Below the pieces are notes generated by a model. It ran no database searches. It was not told the origin of the DNA and saw nothing but the letters and a program-made list of their open reading frames with translations. 64,000 bases of DNA from a virus. Its lineage: Duplodnaviria > Heunggongvirae > Uroviricota > Caudoviricetes. Made by a program: the position numbers and the translations under genes. This document shows positions 45,428 through 54,586 of the stretch, piece after piece; position 1 is the stretch's first letter, and each line of letters opens with the position of its first letter. The DNA is taken from the IMG/VR virus record IMGVR_UViG_3300028797_000099, positions 1 to 64,000 of that record; one strand, 5' to 3'.

Positions 45428-46326
45428 TCTGCGGCCTCCGCATAAAGTATTGTCGGCTGGTCCTTGTGGACGCCCGCACTGAACTCACCGACCGTCATGT
45501 TGAATCCAGTTACGTCAATCTTTTCATTAACCTTTCTGTAATTCTTCTCGATACGGTCGATATCCTCTTCCGTCAAATAAAGATGGTCAGAGGTTTCTTC
45601 AAGCTGTTCCTCGGGTCGAAGGAGTTCATTCAATGTTCTGATATCAACCTTGTTCTGCATAGCCCAGACCAGCACCGCATGCAACATACGATACTCTTCT
45701 GTCGGCTTCACAACGGTCGTCTGGTCGATATACTTCGAAGCATTGAACGGACGGACAATCAGGTGAATGCCAGTCCTTGACGGAACACGAGCCACAATCA
45801 TGTCCTTGGGGTCAACCTTCACGTTCATACCAGGCTGCATAATCTCCGCCTCGAACGCCTTTACAATAGGGCTGTCAACCGTGCAGTCGTCAAGGTCGAT
45901 AAGCCATGTGGTGGTAGCTCTCGGTTCGGAACTTACCTTTCCACATGCCGTACTCATTGCACGGAACGGGTTGCGTTGCGGGTCAAGCTGATGATGTTCG
46001 AACTGCTTGGTGTCGTTCTCCTTGGCACGGTAGATGAACTCCCGGACATAGTGCCATCCGATGGCCGTGTAGTTACGACGGTTCAAACGGATATACGCAC
46101 GGGCGTTGAACTCATGGCAGAGCTTGATGATTTCGTCACGGAGCTCTTCGAGGTGGCCTTCGTGGTTCAAGAGAATCTCTCGAATCGTGCGGTCGCCATT
46201 GTTATGCTTTCCCTGGACATTGTTTCCATCCTTGGCACGAAGCAAGATTTCAAGGTAGTAGCAGTCGCCGACTCGTTCGAATTTAAGCAGACTGCTGATT
46301 AGTTTAAAGTTGTCTATAATTTTCAT
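45424..46326 (-). CDS. hypothetical protein
   Basis: 300 aa, co-transcribed upstream of glf with a 4-nt overlap. Confidence 0.5.
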   Translation of the reverse strand: MKIIDNFKLISSLLKFERVGDCYYLEILLRAKDGNNVQGKHNNGDRTIREILLNHEGHLEELRDEIIKLCHEFNARAYIRLNRRNYTAIGWHYVREFIYRAKENDTKQFEHHQLDPQRNPFRAMSTACGKVSSEPRATTTWLIDLDDCTVDSPIVKAFEAEIMQPGMNVKVDPKDMIVARVPSRTGIHLIVRPFNASKYIDQTTVVKPTEEYRMLHAVLVWAMQNKVDIRTLNELLRPEEQLEETSDHLYLTEEDIDRIEKNYRKVNEKIDVTGFNMTVGEFSAGVHKDQPTILYAEAAE

Positions 46327-46706
46327 GTTCGCCTCACGTATTCGGTTGATAATGTAAGGTAATGGTCTGTTATGTTATACCCCGTTATGGGGAGGATGTC
46401 ACAAATCCTGACCTCCTCGGTATCCCTTCTTATATAAACAAATCTTCTTTGCCCGTTCAGAGGGATGTCATACGGATGTTCATACGGGCGTGGCGGAAGC
46501 ACCAGACGATAGCCGAGAGCAGTATCCGGGTCGCTAACCTGTTCACGAACCCTTGTCGGAACATAGTTCTCGTCGGAAAGGGTTATGTATTCAGGTTCAA
46601 CGACCTCTTCCTCTTCGACAAGAGGATAGTCGTCTTCATAGCCTTCTGGGGCCTCGATGACGACGAACTCGTCATCGTCCGATGAAACTACCGTTAGTTC
46701 CCCCAT
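46323..46706 (-). CDS. hypothetical highly acidic protein
   Basis: 127 aa. N-terminus SSDDDEFVVIEAPEGYEDDYPLVEEEEVVEPEY. Confidence 0.5.
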   Translation of the reverse strand: MGELTVVSSDDDEFVVIEAPEGYEDDYPLVEEEEVVEPEYITLSDENYVPTRVREQVSDPDTALGYRLVLPPRPYEHPYDIPLNGQRRFVYIRRDTEEVRICDILPITGYNITDHYLTLSTEYVRRT

Positions 46707-46990
46707 GTTCGAATTTCCTGTACCTTCGGTTCACGGGGAGCTGGCACCACCGTACCATCCTTCTCGACCCTGTCGCCCTGTCCATACAGGATGTGGTTGA
46801 CAAAATCATACCGCACATGGCTGATAGCATGGCGAGGGAAACGGATGGTCAACGTAGTGTCGTTGAACTGGTATGTACCAATGTATCCTTCGTCCGTCTT
46901 TACACTGGATGTGCGAACACCGTACTGGATATTCGGCTCACCAGCAAAGGCAAGAGCCACTCCCAAAAGGAGTGCTGCAATCGTTTTCAT
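46694..46990 (-). CDS. small secreted protein
   Basis: Signal peptide MKTIAALLLGVALAFAG. 98 aa. Confidence 0.5.
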   Translation of the reverse strand: MKTIAALLLGVALAFAGEPNIQYGVRTSSVKTDEGYIGTYQFNDTTLTIRFPRHAISHVRYDFVNHILYGQGDRVEKDGTVVPAPREPKVQEIRTWGN

Positions 46991-47169
46991 TACGCCCCCT
47001 TCTTCTTTGAACGGGATTCCGCCCTTTCCTTGGCCATCTTGGCTAGGCCCTTGTTCAATGCCTTCATGGAACGGTCGATACGACCAACGCTTGCGGCAGA
47101 CTTCTTTTCACGGAATGTCTGGGTGGGTGCGAACTTTCCTGCTGTCTTTATATCATAGATGCTTTTCAT
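46990..47169 (-). CDS. small basic protein (59 aa, absent from ORF track)
   Basis: GAGGAAAAT RBS. Its TAATG overlaps the next gene's start. K/R-rich. Confidence 0.45.
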   Translation of the reverse strand: MKSIYDIKTAGKFAPTQTFREKKSAASVGRIDRSMKALNKGLAKMAKERAESRSKKKGA

Positions 47170-47195
47170 ATTTTCCTCTTATTTTATCGCCCCAA

Positions 47196-47224
47196 AATAT
47201 AGTACATTATTAACTACTTGGCAA
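47196..47224 (-). promoter_or_regulatory. promoter TTGCCA-17-TATATT
   Basis: Motif match. Confidence 0.45.
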
Positions 47225-47687
47225 GAGGGGCGTCCATAAAATATAATTTTGTGCGGTCTTCTTTCATTTCATCGAACTGGGTAAACAGGATTCGTTTAAC
47301 CTCGTCTGGAGAGACTTTCCTAATACCTGGCCCGCTCACTTTCTCCATTTCCCCAGGATGACGGTTGCTTCTCCGATAAGTCTGCATCGTCCACGGATTG
47401 TTTCCATCATGATTGGCGTCCTCGGCAATCTTCATGTACAGTTCCCATCGCAACGGATATGACGTACGGTAGAGCACACGGCCATCCACGACCAGCGTGT
47501 AGTGGACATTCACCATGTCGTTCATGGGCTCTATACGGACATCCATCACCCGGATAACATGGTCAATCATGCTTGACGCACCTTCCTTATGCTCAATGTA
47601 CTCGGCGACCGCATCGACGCCTTGATACTGATTGAAGAGTTCGTTACTCATCTTTCTTATAAATGCTTCATCCATACGCATCCCTAA
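47214..47687 (-). CDS. hypothetical protein
   Basis: Start MRMDEA. Overlaps the upstream gene by 4 nt. Confidence 0.45.
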   Translation of the reverse strand, partial: LGMRMDEAFIRKMSNELFNQYQGVDAVAEYIEHKEGASSMIDHVIRVMDVRIEPMNDMVNVHYTLVVDGRVLYRTSYPLRWELYMKIAEDANHDGNNPWTMQTYRRSNRHPGEMEKVSGPGIRKVSPDEVKRILFTQFDEMKEDRTKLYFMDAPLAK

Positions 47688-48145
47688 TGAATAAAATCGC
47701 AACTGTCAACAACGGCTTCCATAATCTTGGCCTTTTCTTCGTCGCTCAGCTTGGGCAAGTCATGATACGCATTGTCGATTTTCCATTTGGCCTTCAACAT
47801 CCAGTAGAAATCCCTCATGCGGTAGTCCATGTCTTCGAGGAGTTCTTTATCCTTTCCATCTTCGAAGAAAGCCAGCATTTCGGAATTCAGGCTACCCTTT
47901 GAGGCAGTGTATCCTTCCTTCAACTGATTGCACTTCTGGGCGTGAACATACGCATCCTCTCGGTTGAGAAACACGATTTTACCATCGACATTTGCGGCAA
48001 ATCCATCCGTACCCAGATTATACACCCCATACACCTGCAGCAGGTGCTTGAAAGCCTCGCCATGGTCGTGACCATGTCCGAACGGGCACATTATCGGCTT
48101 TCCCGATTGAGTGAACTTGGATAGAGAAACGGCAGCGATAATCAT
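47684..48145 (-). CDS. hypothetical protein with CPFGHGHDHG motif
   Basis: Start MIIAAV behind a GGAGG RBS. A His-rich cluster suggests metal binding. Confidence 0.45.
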   Translation of the reverse strand: MIIAAVSLSKFTQSGKPIMCPFGHGHDHGEAFKHLLQVYGVYNLGTDGFAANVDGKIVFLNREDAYVHAQKCNQLKEGYTASKGSLNSEMLAFFEDGKDKELLEDMDYRMRDFYWMLKAKWKIDNAYHDLPKLSDEEKAKIMEAVVDSCDFIH

Positions 48146-48157
48146 TATTTCCTCCAA

Positions 48158-48997
48158 TTAAATCGGCTTAGAACCGCACGCTCTGTATTGTTCGCTTCTG
48201 CACTTGTCGAAACAATTACCATTCATCATGAGTTCATCCCAAAGCTTAGTGAAGAATCCAGTTTCCTCTTCACAGGTCATCGCACACAGGCCGACACTAT
48301 GTTTGGAAGCACACTTATGCCATACCGCAAGCTTCGGGGCGATTTCTTTCATGTGCCTTTTACGCTCCTCTTCCCGTTGCAGTTCAGCTGCGAGGAGGTC
48401 GTTACGGCCACTCATCCAACAGGTCACATTACCTTCCTCGTCGAAACATTTGGTCACGTCATCGACTTTCCAACGCTGCACCTCACCCGTCGGATAGTAC
48501 CATGTTTCTCGCCAAGTCTTCTCGTAAGGTTCCTTGACATAGACGGTCTTACCTTCAAGGTTATACACGAACTCCACATTGTCCTTGAACTCGTGTACCT
48601 TGGTTCCGTTAATGTACTCGCTATGGTCGTTATAGTTTCGCCAGTACACGATACCTTTACGGCGTTCGGCAATGATACGGCGACCAAGGTCGATAAGGGT
48701 AGTATCCTTCTTTTCGATGACTCGGTAGATATCGTTCCCGATATACTTTCCGCCTTTCATCTGCATGGTTTGAAGAACTGCAACCCATTCGGTCATCTTG
48801 TAGATTTCAAGATGCTGAGCTTCCAGGTCGTCAATACGGGAGTTCAACTCGTTGTTCATCTGAATGATGGTCGCTCTCGTCTGTTCTATCTTGTAATAGT
48901 TATCCAGAGCCTGACCCTTGAGGGCCGACACATCACCACGAATACCCGTTGTTGCGACATAGGCGCCAAAGGCACCAAGGAAAAGTTCAAAAAGCAT
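48158..48997 (-). CDS. hypothetical membrane-anchored protein
   Basis: N-terminal TM LFELFLGAFGAYVATTG, then a coiled coil. 279 aa. Confidence 0.5.
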   Translation of the reverse strand: MLFELFLGAFGAYVATTGIRGDVSALKGQALDNYYKIEQTRATIIQMNNELNSRIDDLEAQHLEIYKMTEWVAVLQTMQMKGGKYIGNDIYRVIEKKDTTLIDLGRRIIAERRKGIVYWRNYNDHSEYINGTKVHEFKDNVEFVYNLEGKTVYVKEPYEKTWRETWYYPTGEVQRWKVDDVTKCFDEEGNVTCWMSGRNDLLAAELQREEERKRHMKEIAPKLAVWHKCASKHSVGLCAMTCEEETGFFTKLWDELMMNGNCFDKCRSEQYRACGSKPI

Positions 48998-49035
48998 ATT
49001 TATCTGCCTCCATGCAGTTGATTGTTACATGGATA

Positions 49036-49064
49036 AATATACATAATTAAATAACGCCTGTCAA
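49036..49064 (-). promoter_or_regulatory. promoter TTGACA-17-TATATT
   Basis: Motif match. Confidence 0.5.
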
Positions 49065-49079
49065 GGGGGTCATTCAAAT

Positions 49080-49244
49080 TTAATGCAATTTTCTTTTAAA
49101 CTTTCTGGATATTTCTAAATGAGCCAAGGGGTTGACGCCCTTTATGTGGGTAGACAGCAGCATATCGTCGTTGGAAACGGCATTCTCTTTCTTGAACCGT
49201 TCCTCAGCGGCAATAGCCTTTGCCCAGGTGTTCTTTCTTTTCAT
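49080..49244 (-). CDS. small hypothetical protein (54 aa)
   Basis: Fills the 49024-49250 gap. Weak RBS. Confidence 0.3.
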   Translation of the reverse strand: MKRKNTWAKAIAAEERFKKENAVSNDDMLLSTHIKGVNPLAHLEISRKFKRKLH

Positions 49245-49250
49245 AACAAC

Positions 49251-49475
49251 TCATTTCAGTTTGAACCCAGTATGCTTAAACCTGTATCCGAACGCCTTTC
49301 CGTCGTTAGCACATCCGACATCGCCAGACATGATATACATGCGCTCCTGTATCGAATGCTCTAAATCCTTCTCGACCGCTTTAACGAGGGCATCGTCAGC
49401 AAGACCGAAGCTGCTGTAAGTTTCGACTTCCAGGTCTATTACCAGTTTTTTCTTAATCAAAATCTTGTTAGGCAT
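49251..49475 (-). CDS. small hypothetical protein
   Basis: 74-aa ORF. Confidence 0.4.
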   Translation of the reverse strand: MPNKILIKKKLVIDLEVETYSSFGLADDALVKAVEKDLEHSIQERMYIMSGDVGCANDGKAFGYRFKHTGFKLK

Positions 49476-49632
49476 CTTCTTCCTTTAAGATATGGATAGT
49501 TTCAATGTTTTCACCGAACTTGCTGTAAATCCAGTCAAGGAGTGACTTGCGGTCCTCGGCTTCATGCTCCATGTTGTGAACGAACTTCTCGTTCTTGAAG
49601 TTCTCTATAACCACGAAAAAGTACGCTTTCAT
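49468..49632 (-). CDS. small hypothetical protein (54 aa, absent from ORF track)
   Basis: GAGGTAGAAG RBS. Its stop overlaps the downstream ATG. Confidence 0.4.
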   Translation of the reverse strand: MKAYFFVVIENFKNEKFVHNMEHEAEDRKSLLDWIYSKFGENIETIHILKEEDA

Positions 49633-49635
49633 CTT

Positions 49636-50007
49636 CTACCTCGAATTAGGTTTAATTTTACACTTGTTCTTCTTGACTGAATAGATTGCACCCGATTCAA
49701 GAGGGATTGTCGTAACCTCGTCCTCCTGCATAAACCTGCATACCATCGAATAGTGTACCGTCATCACAGTGCCCGTATAATCAGTAGTCGTACTCACGCA
49801 TGCCCCGCATGGCGTAGTCACGATTACCTCATTGTTCTTGAATATCTTAATGGAATGTCCATCCTCCCAGAACTCCTCGGGATGTTCCTTGCGGTATTTT
49901 TCACGAGACTCGTGATATTTTTGTAAACAAGTAAGTACGAACCCGGCAATAAATACCAGCCCAATAACAAACAAGATTAACCAATAATAACGCTTTATGA
50001 AACTCAT
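49636..50007 (-). CDS. membrane-anchored protein
   Basis: N-terminal TM YYWLILFVIGLVFIAGFVLTC. 123 aa. Confidence 0.5.
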   Translation of the reverse strand: MSFIKRYYWLILFVIGLVFIAGFVLTCLQKYHESREKYRKEHPEEFWEDGHSIKIFKNNEVIVTTPCGACVSTTTDYTGTVMTVHYSMVCRFMQEDEVTTIPLESGAIYSVKKNKCKIKPNSR

Positions 50008-50486
50008 GCCAACCTCATGTTATAGTCGATAATTTTATCCTTCAAGCGTTCTATCATGCGATTTCGCACGATTTCCAGTTCGAACGGGCTTCTCGACTTA
50101 TCTTCGTATCCAGCAAGAAGATTGTCGATATCCTTGATTGTATGGACATCGTTCAACATATTGTCAAAATACCCAAGGTTCAGCATATCGGTAAGGCTAG
50201 GGCTTGCCATCTTGCTCAGCCTAATCGCATTATCGGTATCGGAAAGCCACTTCCACCCCTGAGGCGTAAGGTAGCCTTTTACCACATCACATGACGCAAC
50301 TATCAGATGGCTGCCCCTTTCCCAAATCAATTCAATCAGCTCTTCACGATTCATCGAAGTGGCCACCATCCACATATTTTCAATATAATGGGACCAGTGT
50401 TCGCAAACCCGCTTTATGATTCCGTGAATTTTATCTGTATTTTGTGCATCGGTAACGATGATGTAGAAGTTAAGTTCCTTAGTCAT
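50004..50486 (-). CDS. hypothetical protein
   Basis: 160-aa ORF. Confidence 0.5.
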   Translation of the reverse strand: MTKELNFYIIVTDAQNTDKIHGIIKRVCEHWSHYIENMWMVATSMNREELIELIWERGSHLIVASCDVVKGYLTPQGWKWLSDTDNAIRLSKMASPSLTDMLNLGYFDNMLNDVHTIKDIDNLLAGYEDKSRSPFELEIVRNRMIERLKDKIIDYNMRLA

Positions 50487-50796
50487 TTTGCTTAGCCTCG
50501 GGACTTTTATTCATGATTAAGTGCGGATAGAGACGTTCCTTGTTCTCATCAATCCACTCCAACAGTTCTGCAATCGCAGAAACCTCGGTTTCCGTAAATT
50601 CCTTTATGGGTTTCTTTTTGAATTTGTCGAGAAACACATAGGTGATATGGTTGTCAGGATGAAACTTCTGGATAATGCGTATCCTGGAACCAGAAAGTTC
50701 GTACTCCCTGATTTTGCAACCAGTTGATACTTCGCCATGCCAGAAACTCTTCTTGGTTTCGCTATACCATGAACTCATATAAGAAAAACTAATCAT
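50479..50796 (-). CDS. hypothetical protein
   Basis: 105-aa ORF. Confidence 0.45.
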   Translation of the reverse strand: MISFSYMSSWYSETKKSFWHGEVSTGCKIREYELSGSRIRIIQKFHPDNHITYVFLDKFKKKPIKEFTETEVSAIAELLEWIDENKERLYPHLIMNKSPEAKQND

Positions 50797-50802
50797 GCTG
50801 CA

Positions 50803-51348
50803 TTATTCCTTCGGTGATGGTTTCAGTTTTTCCAACTCCATGATAATGGAATCAGTGGTCCTGAAATCCGTCCCATCGTAAATATCGCACAAGAGACCCG
50901 CTCTACTTGGCGACCAATATTCTTTGTAAACCTCTTCCCAGAATGACTCACGAAGCTCCCAGTCAGGCAAGTCAAACCCATCATCAGTCTGGTTTTGATA
51001 CCAGAACTCTCGAAGTTCAACATTTTCCTTCAAGAACTTAGCCGTCGCATTGCTCGGAAAGAACTGCAAGGCGATGTAGTTAACCCCGTTCACTTCCCGT
51101 GCGAACAAGGTACACTGAAGTTGATAATCCCAGAGCCCACCTTTTTCTGGACACTTGGTATCATCTTCCAACTGTTTTAGACGCCCAAAATTGTCCAGCT
51201 CCAACAGCTTAGGCCATTTCAACATGTCGTTCGGGACCCACTTGATGAACTTCTGGCGCAATTCGTTGACATATTTAGTCGCTTCGTAAATGTCCTTAAA
51301 CTCTGCATTTTCCTTGAAGAGATATGCGTAAAACACTCTCATGCTCAT
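50803..51348 (-). CDS. hypothetical protein
   Basis: 181-aa ORF. Confidence 0.5.
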   Translation of the reverse strand: MSMRVFYAYLFKENAEFKDIYEATKYVNELRQKFIKWVPNDMLKWPKLLELDNFGRLKQLEDDTKCPEKGGLWDYQLQCTLFAREVNGVNYIALQFFPSNATAKFLKENVELREFWYQNQTDDGFDLPDWELRESFWEEVYKEYWSPSRAGLLCDIYDGTDFRTTDSIIMELEKLKPSPKE

Positions 51349-51638
51349 ATGGTTTCCTCTTTGTTAAATAAGTTTGCGATTTCAGGAAAGTCCTCTAATT
51401 TCACACTCCTCTTAGGGAACATGTGGTCTAACAACATTGTCACGCATTCACGTCTGTCAGACGGCAACGAATCAGTCAAGATGTCGTACGTCGGCGCATT
51501 TTTTCCAGTGAAGTGTATGGCTGCACCTACCGTATAATGCTCAACAGAAACATCCATCTGGTTTAGTCCGGCAACTGCAACAAACGCACAGGCAATGCGA
51601 TGCCCAAGCAATCCTTCTAATACTTTAAGTGCATCCAT
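51345..51638 (-). CDS. hypothetical protein
   Basis: 97-aa ORF. Confidence 0.45.
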   Translation of the reverse strand: MDALKVLEGLLGHRIACAFVAVAGLNQMDVSVEHYTVGAAIHFTGKNAPTYDILTDSLPSDRRECVTMLLDHMFPKRSVKLEDFPEIANLFNKEETI

Positions 51639-51639
51639 A

Positions 51640-51750
51640 TTACGGGACCCCTTTTACGATATAGGTTACAATAGCAATGAGTATACCCCAGGACACCACA
51701 CACGCCGACATGATGCTCACCAGGCATACCGCAGGACTGTATCTTTCTTT
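51640..51750 (-). CDS. small membrane peptide (36 aa)
   Basis: GGAGG RBS. Hydrophobic core VCLVSIMSACVVSWGILIAIVTYIV. Confidence 0.35.
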   Translation of the reverse strand, partial: KERYSPAVCLVSIMSACVVSWGILIAIVTYIVKGVP

Positions 51751-51761
51751 GGCTTTCATCG

Positions 51762-52535
51762 CTAAACCTCCACGGTAAAATCGTCTGCGGTCAAATTGTG
51801 CAAAGCGAACGGAGTTTCCCGGTCGCTGCCATAGCCAAGCGGATTCAACATGACCTGTGTATCGCCAATCATCAGCTTATGAGCATCGTGAGTATGACCA
51901 CAGCCCCAGTATTTGATTCCCGCATAGTCGAACTGTCCAATGTTGAAATAGAAAAACTTATTCTTATCAGAACCACGGTATTTCGGATTAATGTTACATT
52001 GCCACGGTGCAAAATGGCTCAACACAATAGTCGGCTTAGCACCCGTGACAATTTCAAGCTTACGCCTTTCGTTATAGGCAACGTCCTCAATATCGGCATC
52101 CTTTCCCCAATATTTACCGTCATACCATGTAGTCTCCCATTCATATTCAGTGTGAAGGTCATACTTTACGTAATCCCAAATTCCCATCGTACCACCAATG
52201 AGAATATTGTCAACCATGGTAAGGTTCTGACTGGTTCCCAACAGGGTAGCATTGTTTAACTTAGACGCAAAGTCTTCAATACGCTTTATCTTTTCCGCAG
52301 TAGTCTTAATATCGGGGTCCCATTCCACAGTCAAGTCGTGGTTGCCAAGGACAAAGACGAACTGCTTGCATGAGTTCGATATAAACGACAGGCATTGCTG
52401 GATTGTCGCTAGGTTGTCCCCATAGTCCCCAGAAAGCACAAGTAAGTCAGCGCCCTTACCATACGCCTCAATCTGTTTTCTTTTTTCCTCAGTAGCATAT
52501 TCATAATGAATGTCTGACAGAAACTTCACTTTCAT
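51762..52535 (-). CDS. calcineurin-like metallophosphoesterase
   Basis: Motifs LSDIHYE (DxH), LVLSGDYGDN (GD), VLGNHDLT (GNHD/E) and GHTH-like. Confidence 0.75.
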   Translation of the reverse strand: MKVKFLSDIHYEYATEEKRKQIEAYGKGADLLVLSGDYGDNLATIQQCLSFISNSCKQFVFVLGNHDLTVEWDPDIKTTAEKIKRIEDFASKLNNATLLGTSQNLTMVDNILIGGTMGIWDYVKYDLHTEYEWETTWYDGKYWGKDADIEDVAYNERRKLEIVTGAKPTIVLSHFAPWQCNINPKYRGSDKNKFFYFNIGQFDYAGIKYWGCGHTHDAHKLMIGDTQVMLNPLGYGSDRETPFALHNLTADDFTVEV

Positions 52536-52566
52536 ATTTATCTCCAGGTGGATGTCTATAATAAAA

Positions 52567-52593
52567 AATATAAATAAATAAACAATTTGTCAA
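52567..52593 (-). promoter_or_regulatory. promoter TTGACA-15-TATATT (metallophosphoesterase operon)
   Basis: Motif match. Confidence 0.35.
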
Positions 52594-52884
52594 TAGGCGC
52601 TTCAATATTTTTAATTAAATTGATTGTAAATACTTTTTTACATAAATCATCCACAATAACCTTATAGACTTAGTACAATAAACTATATGTATGGACCATG
52701 GAAAGACTATCATGAAAATTCAGATGTTGGTTATAGGAGCCCACATACTGAGAAAACGAGAAGAAGGCGTAGATGAATCATCTAACGTCCTCGCTAGGCA
52801 GTGGATTGACGAACACGGCCTAGAATTCAGGAAGCTTTTCCAAACCGTCAGCAGCATAGTGAAATAATTATTTATATTGCCCCT

Positions 52885-52912
52885 TGACAACCCGTTTTTA
52901 ATTTTGTATATT
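52885..52912 (+). promoter_or_regulatory. plus-strand promoter TTGACA-16-TATATT
   Basis: Precedes the NUMOD3 gene. Confidence 0.5.
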
Positions 52913-52930
52913 AGAGGGTAAACGTATAAA

Positions 52931-53506
52931 ATGAGGTACACTATGCAAACTGAACCTAATATCAAAGATACAGATATGGCTGGTACCGCTGATGTATCAA
53001 GCGGAGCAGAAAATATGGTCAATCAATCTGCTGCACCAGCCCAAGAAACAACTACAACACCCAAAAAGCGTGGACGCAAGAAAGGATACCACCATTCAGA
53101 AGCGACCAAAGCCCAAATGAGACGAGCACGCATTGGTGTACATCCATCGGAAGAAACGAAGGAAAAGATTTCCAAATCCAAGGAAGGCAAGACTCAGTCG
53201 GAAACGGCGAAGCTCAAAATGAGCGACACCCGTCGTTACAACTTCCTCCGAAAGAAGATTGAATCCGCCTTACACGGAACGTCAACAATAGTTGATGTCG
53301 TTGCGCTTTTCAACCGAAAGGACGCAATCACTGTAACCATGTCAGAGTTCGCAGAGAACATATACAAAATCGCACACGACAAGGTCGATGGACTCATTAA
53401 CACAAAGGCTGACCGAAAGGCACAAAATGCCGCCTATAAGGAAATCCTCAGACAAATCAAGGAGCTTTACAATGAGCGAATCAAAGAACTCTCAAACGCA
53501 AACTAA
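52931..53506 (+). CDS. NUMOD3-repeat DNA-binding protein (no nuclease domain)
   Basis: Repeats KKGYHHSEATKAQMRRARIG / VHPSEETKEKISKSKEGK / TQSETAKLKMSD match the NUMOD3 motif of homing-endonuclease DNA-binding modules. Confidence 0.5.
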   Translation: MRYTMQTEPNIKDTDMAGTADVSSGAENMVNQSAAPAQETTTTPKKRGRKKGYHHSEATKAQMRRARIGVHPSEETKEKISKSKEGKTQSETAKLKMSDTRRYNFLRKKIESALHGTSTIVDVVALFNRKDAITVTMSEFAENIYKIAHDKVDGLINTKADRKAQNAAYKEILRQIKELYNERIKELSNAN

Positions 53507-54140
53507 CGAAGAAGAGGCCGAACACGAAAAGGTTGTATTCGACGAAATGGGGTTCCCGGAGCGTGAACGCCCGAAATCGTTGAGCGACCTGATACGGTTC
53601 TGCAAGAACCGCCTAGGGAAGAATGCCGAGTTCGGGTATTGGGACGATAAAGGGTTTCCTGCATGCACTTACTACAAGGCGTTCCTTGGCCTCCTAGGGA
53701 ATGGTATTCTTGCATACGATAGCGAGGAAATGATTGCACAATGCGCAGAAGATTGCGACATGTCGTATGAAGAGGCGATGGAGGCTCTCGACTACAACAC
53801 ATTCTGCTGCTACATGGGCCCCCAGACTCCTAAGCACATCACTCCTGTCAAGTTCCCCGAGAATCCCGAAGAGGAATTCAAAGAGATGGAAGGAGACATG
53901 CTCACGTACATTCCTGACTGCGACAACGCCCTTGTCGGATTCATGGAAACACCTACCGGGCTTTGCTGCGTTTACAACATGAAGCTTCTTCCTGACTCTG
54001 TGAAGAACTGCAAGTACATGAGACGAGACCTACTGCTCGACCCGTACGAAAAGATTCCGTTCGACCGACAGGCCTTGAAAAAGAAGCTCGAAGCCGCAAA
54101 GGCAAAAAAGGCTAAGAAGAAGGCTAAGCATAGACGCTGA
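53469..54140 (+). CDS. hypothetical protein with Lys-rich C-terminus
   Basis: Start MSESKN behind an AAGGAG RBS. Overlaps the upstream gene by 38 nt. Confidence 0.45.
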   Translation, partial: TMSESKNSQTQTNEEEAEHEKVVFDEMGFPERERPKSLSDLIRFCKNRLGKNAEFGYWDDKGFPACTYYKAFLGLLGNGILAYDSEEMIAQCAEDCDMSYEEAMEALDYNTFCCYMGPQTPKHITPVKFPENPEEEFKEMEGDMLTYIPDCDNALVGFMETPTGLCCVYNMKLLPDSVKNCKYMRRDLLLDPYEKIPFDRQALKKKLEAAKAKKAKKKAKHRR

Positions 54141-54190
54141 CGCCTCTTCCTACCTTGATAAACTTTATGCGAATTGGGCAGGTAACTAAA

Positions 54191-54586
54191 ATGACTTACG
54201 AGAAATTTTGCAACATAATGAGAAAGAGCAGACTGCTTTCAAAGGTCAGCGTAATCAATTCTGACAGGCAGTATTGCATCATCGACAGAAAATGCCCCGA
54301 GCGGAAAGTAATCATCGCCCCGTCGGACAACGGAGGCGTTACGGTTGCTTTCAACAAGGTCGGCATTGGCAGCTACCCGTTCAAGTCACTTCACCTGACC
54401 CTATCCGCAAATGCGGTTTTCGACATCCCGCCTCAGGAGATGCAAACGAGCATTGACGTAAATATTCTTTTACATTGGGCAATATCCGAATGTTTCCTCG
54501 GAAAGCCAGAACGTCCGTTACTGAAACGGATGTGGATAAAGATGATAAGGACGTGGCAGCACTTCCTTATCAGGTTCAGACATTAA
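54191..54586 (+). CDS. hypothetical protein
   Basis: Start MTYEKF. 131 aa. Confidence 0.4.
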   Translation: MTYEKFCNIMRKSRLLSKVSVINSDRQYCIIDRKCPERKVIIAPSDNGGVTVAFNKVGIGSYPFKSLHLTLSANAVFDIPPQEMQTSIDVNILLHWAISECFLGKPERPLLKRMWIKMIRTWQHFLIRFRH

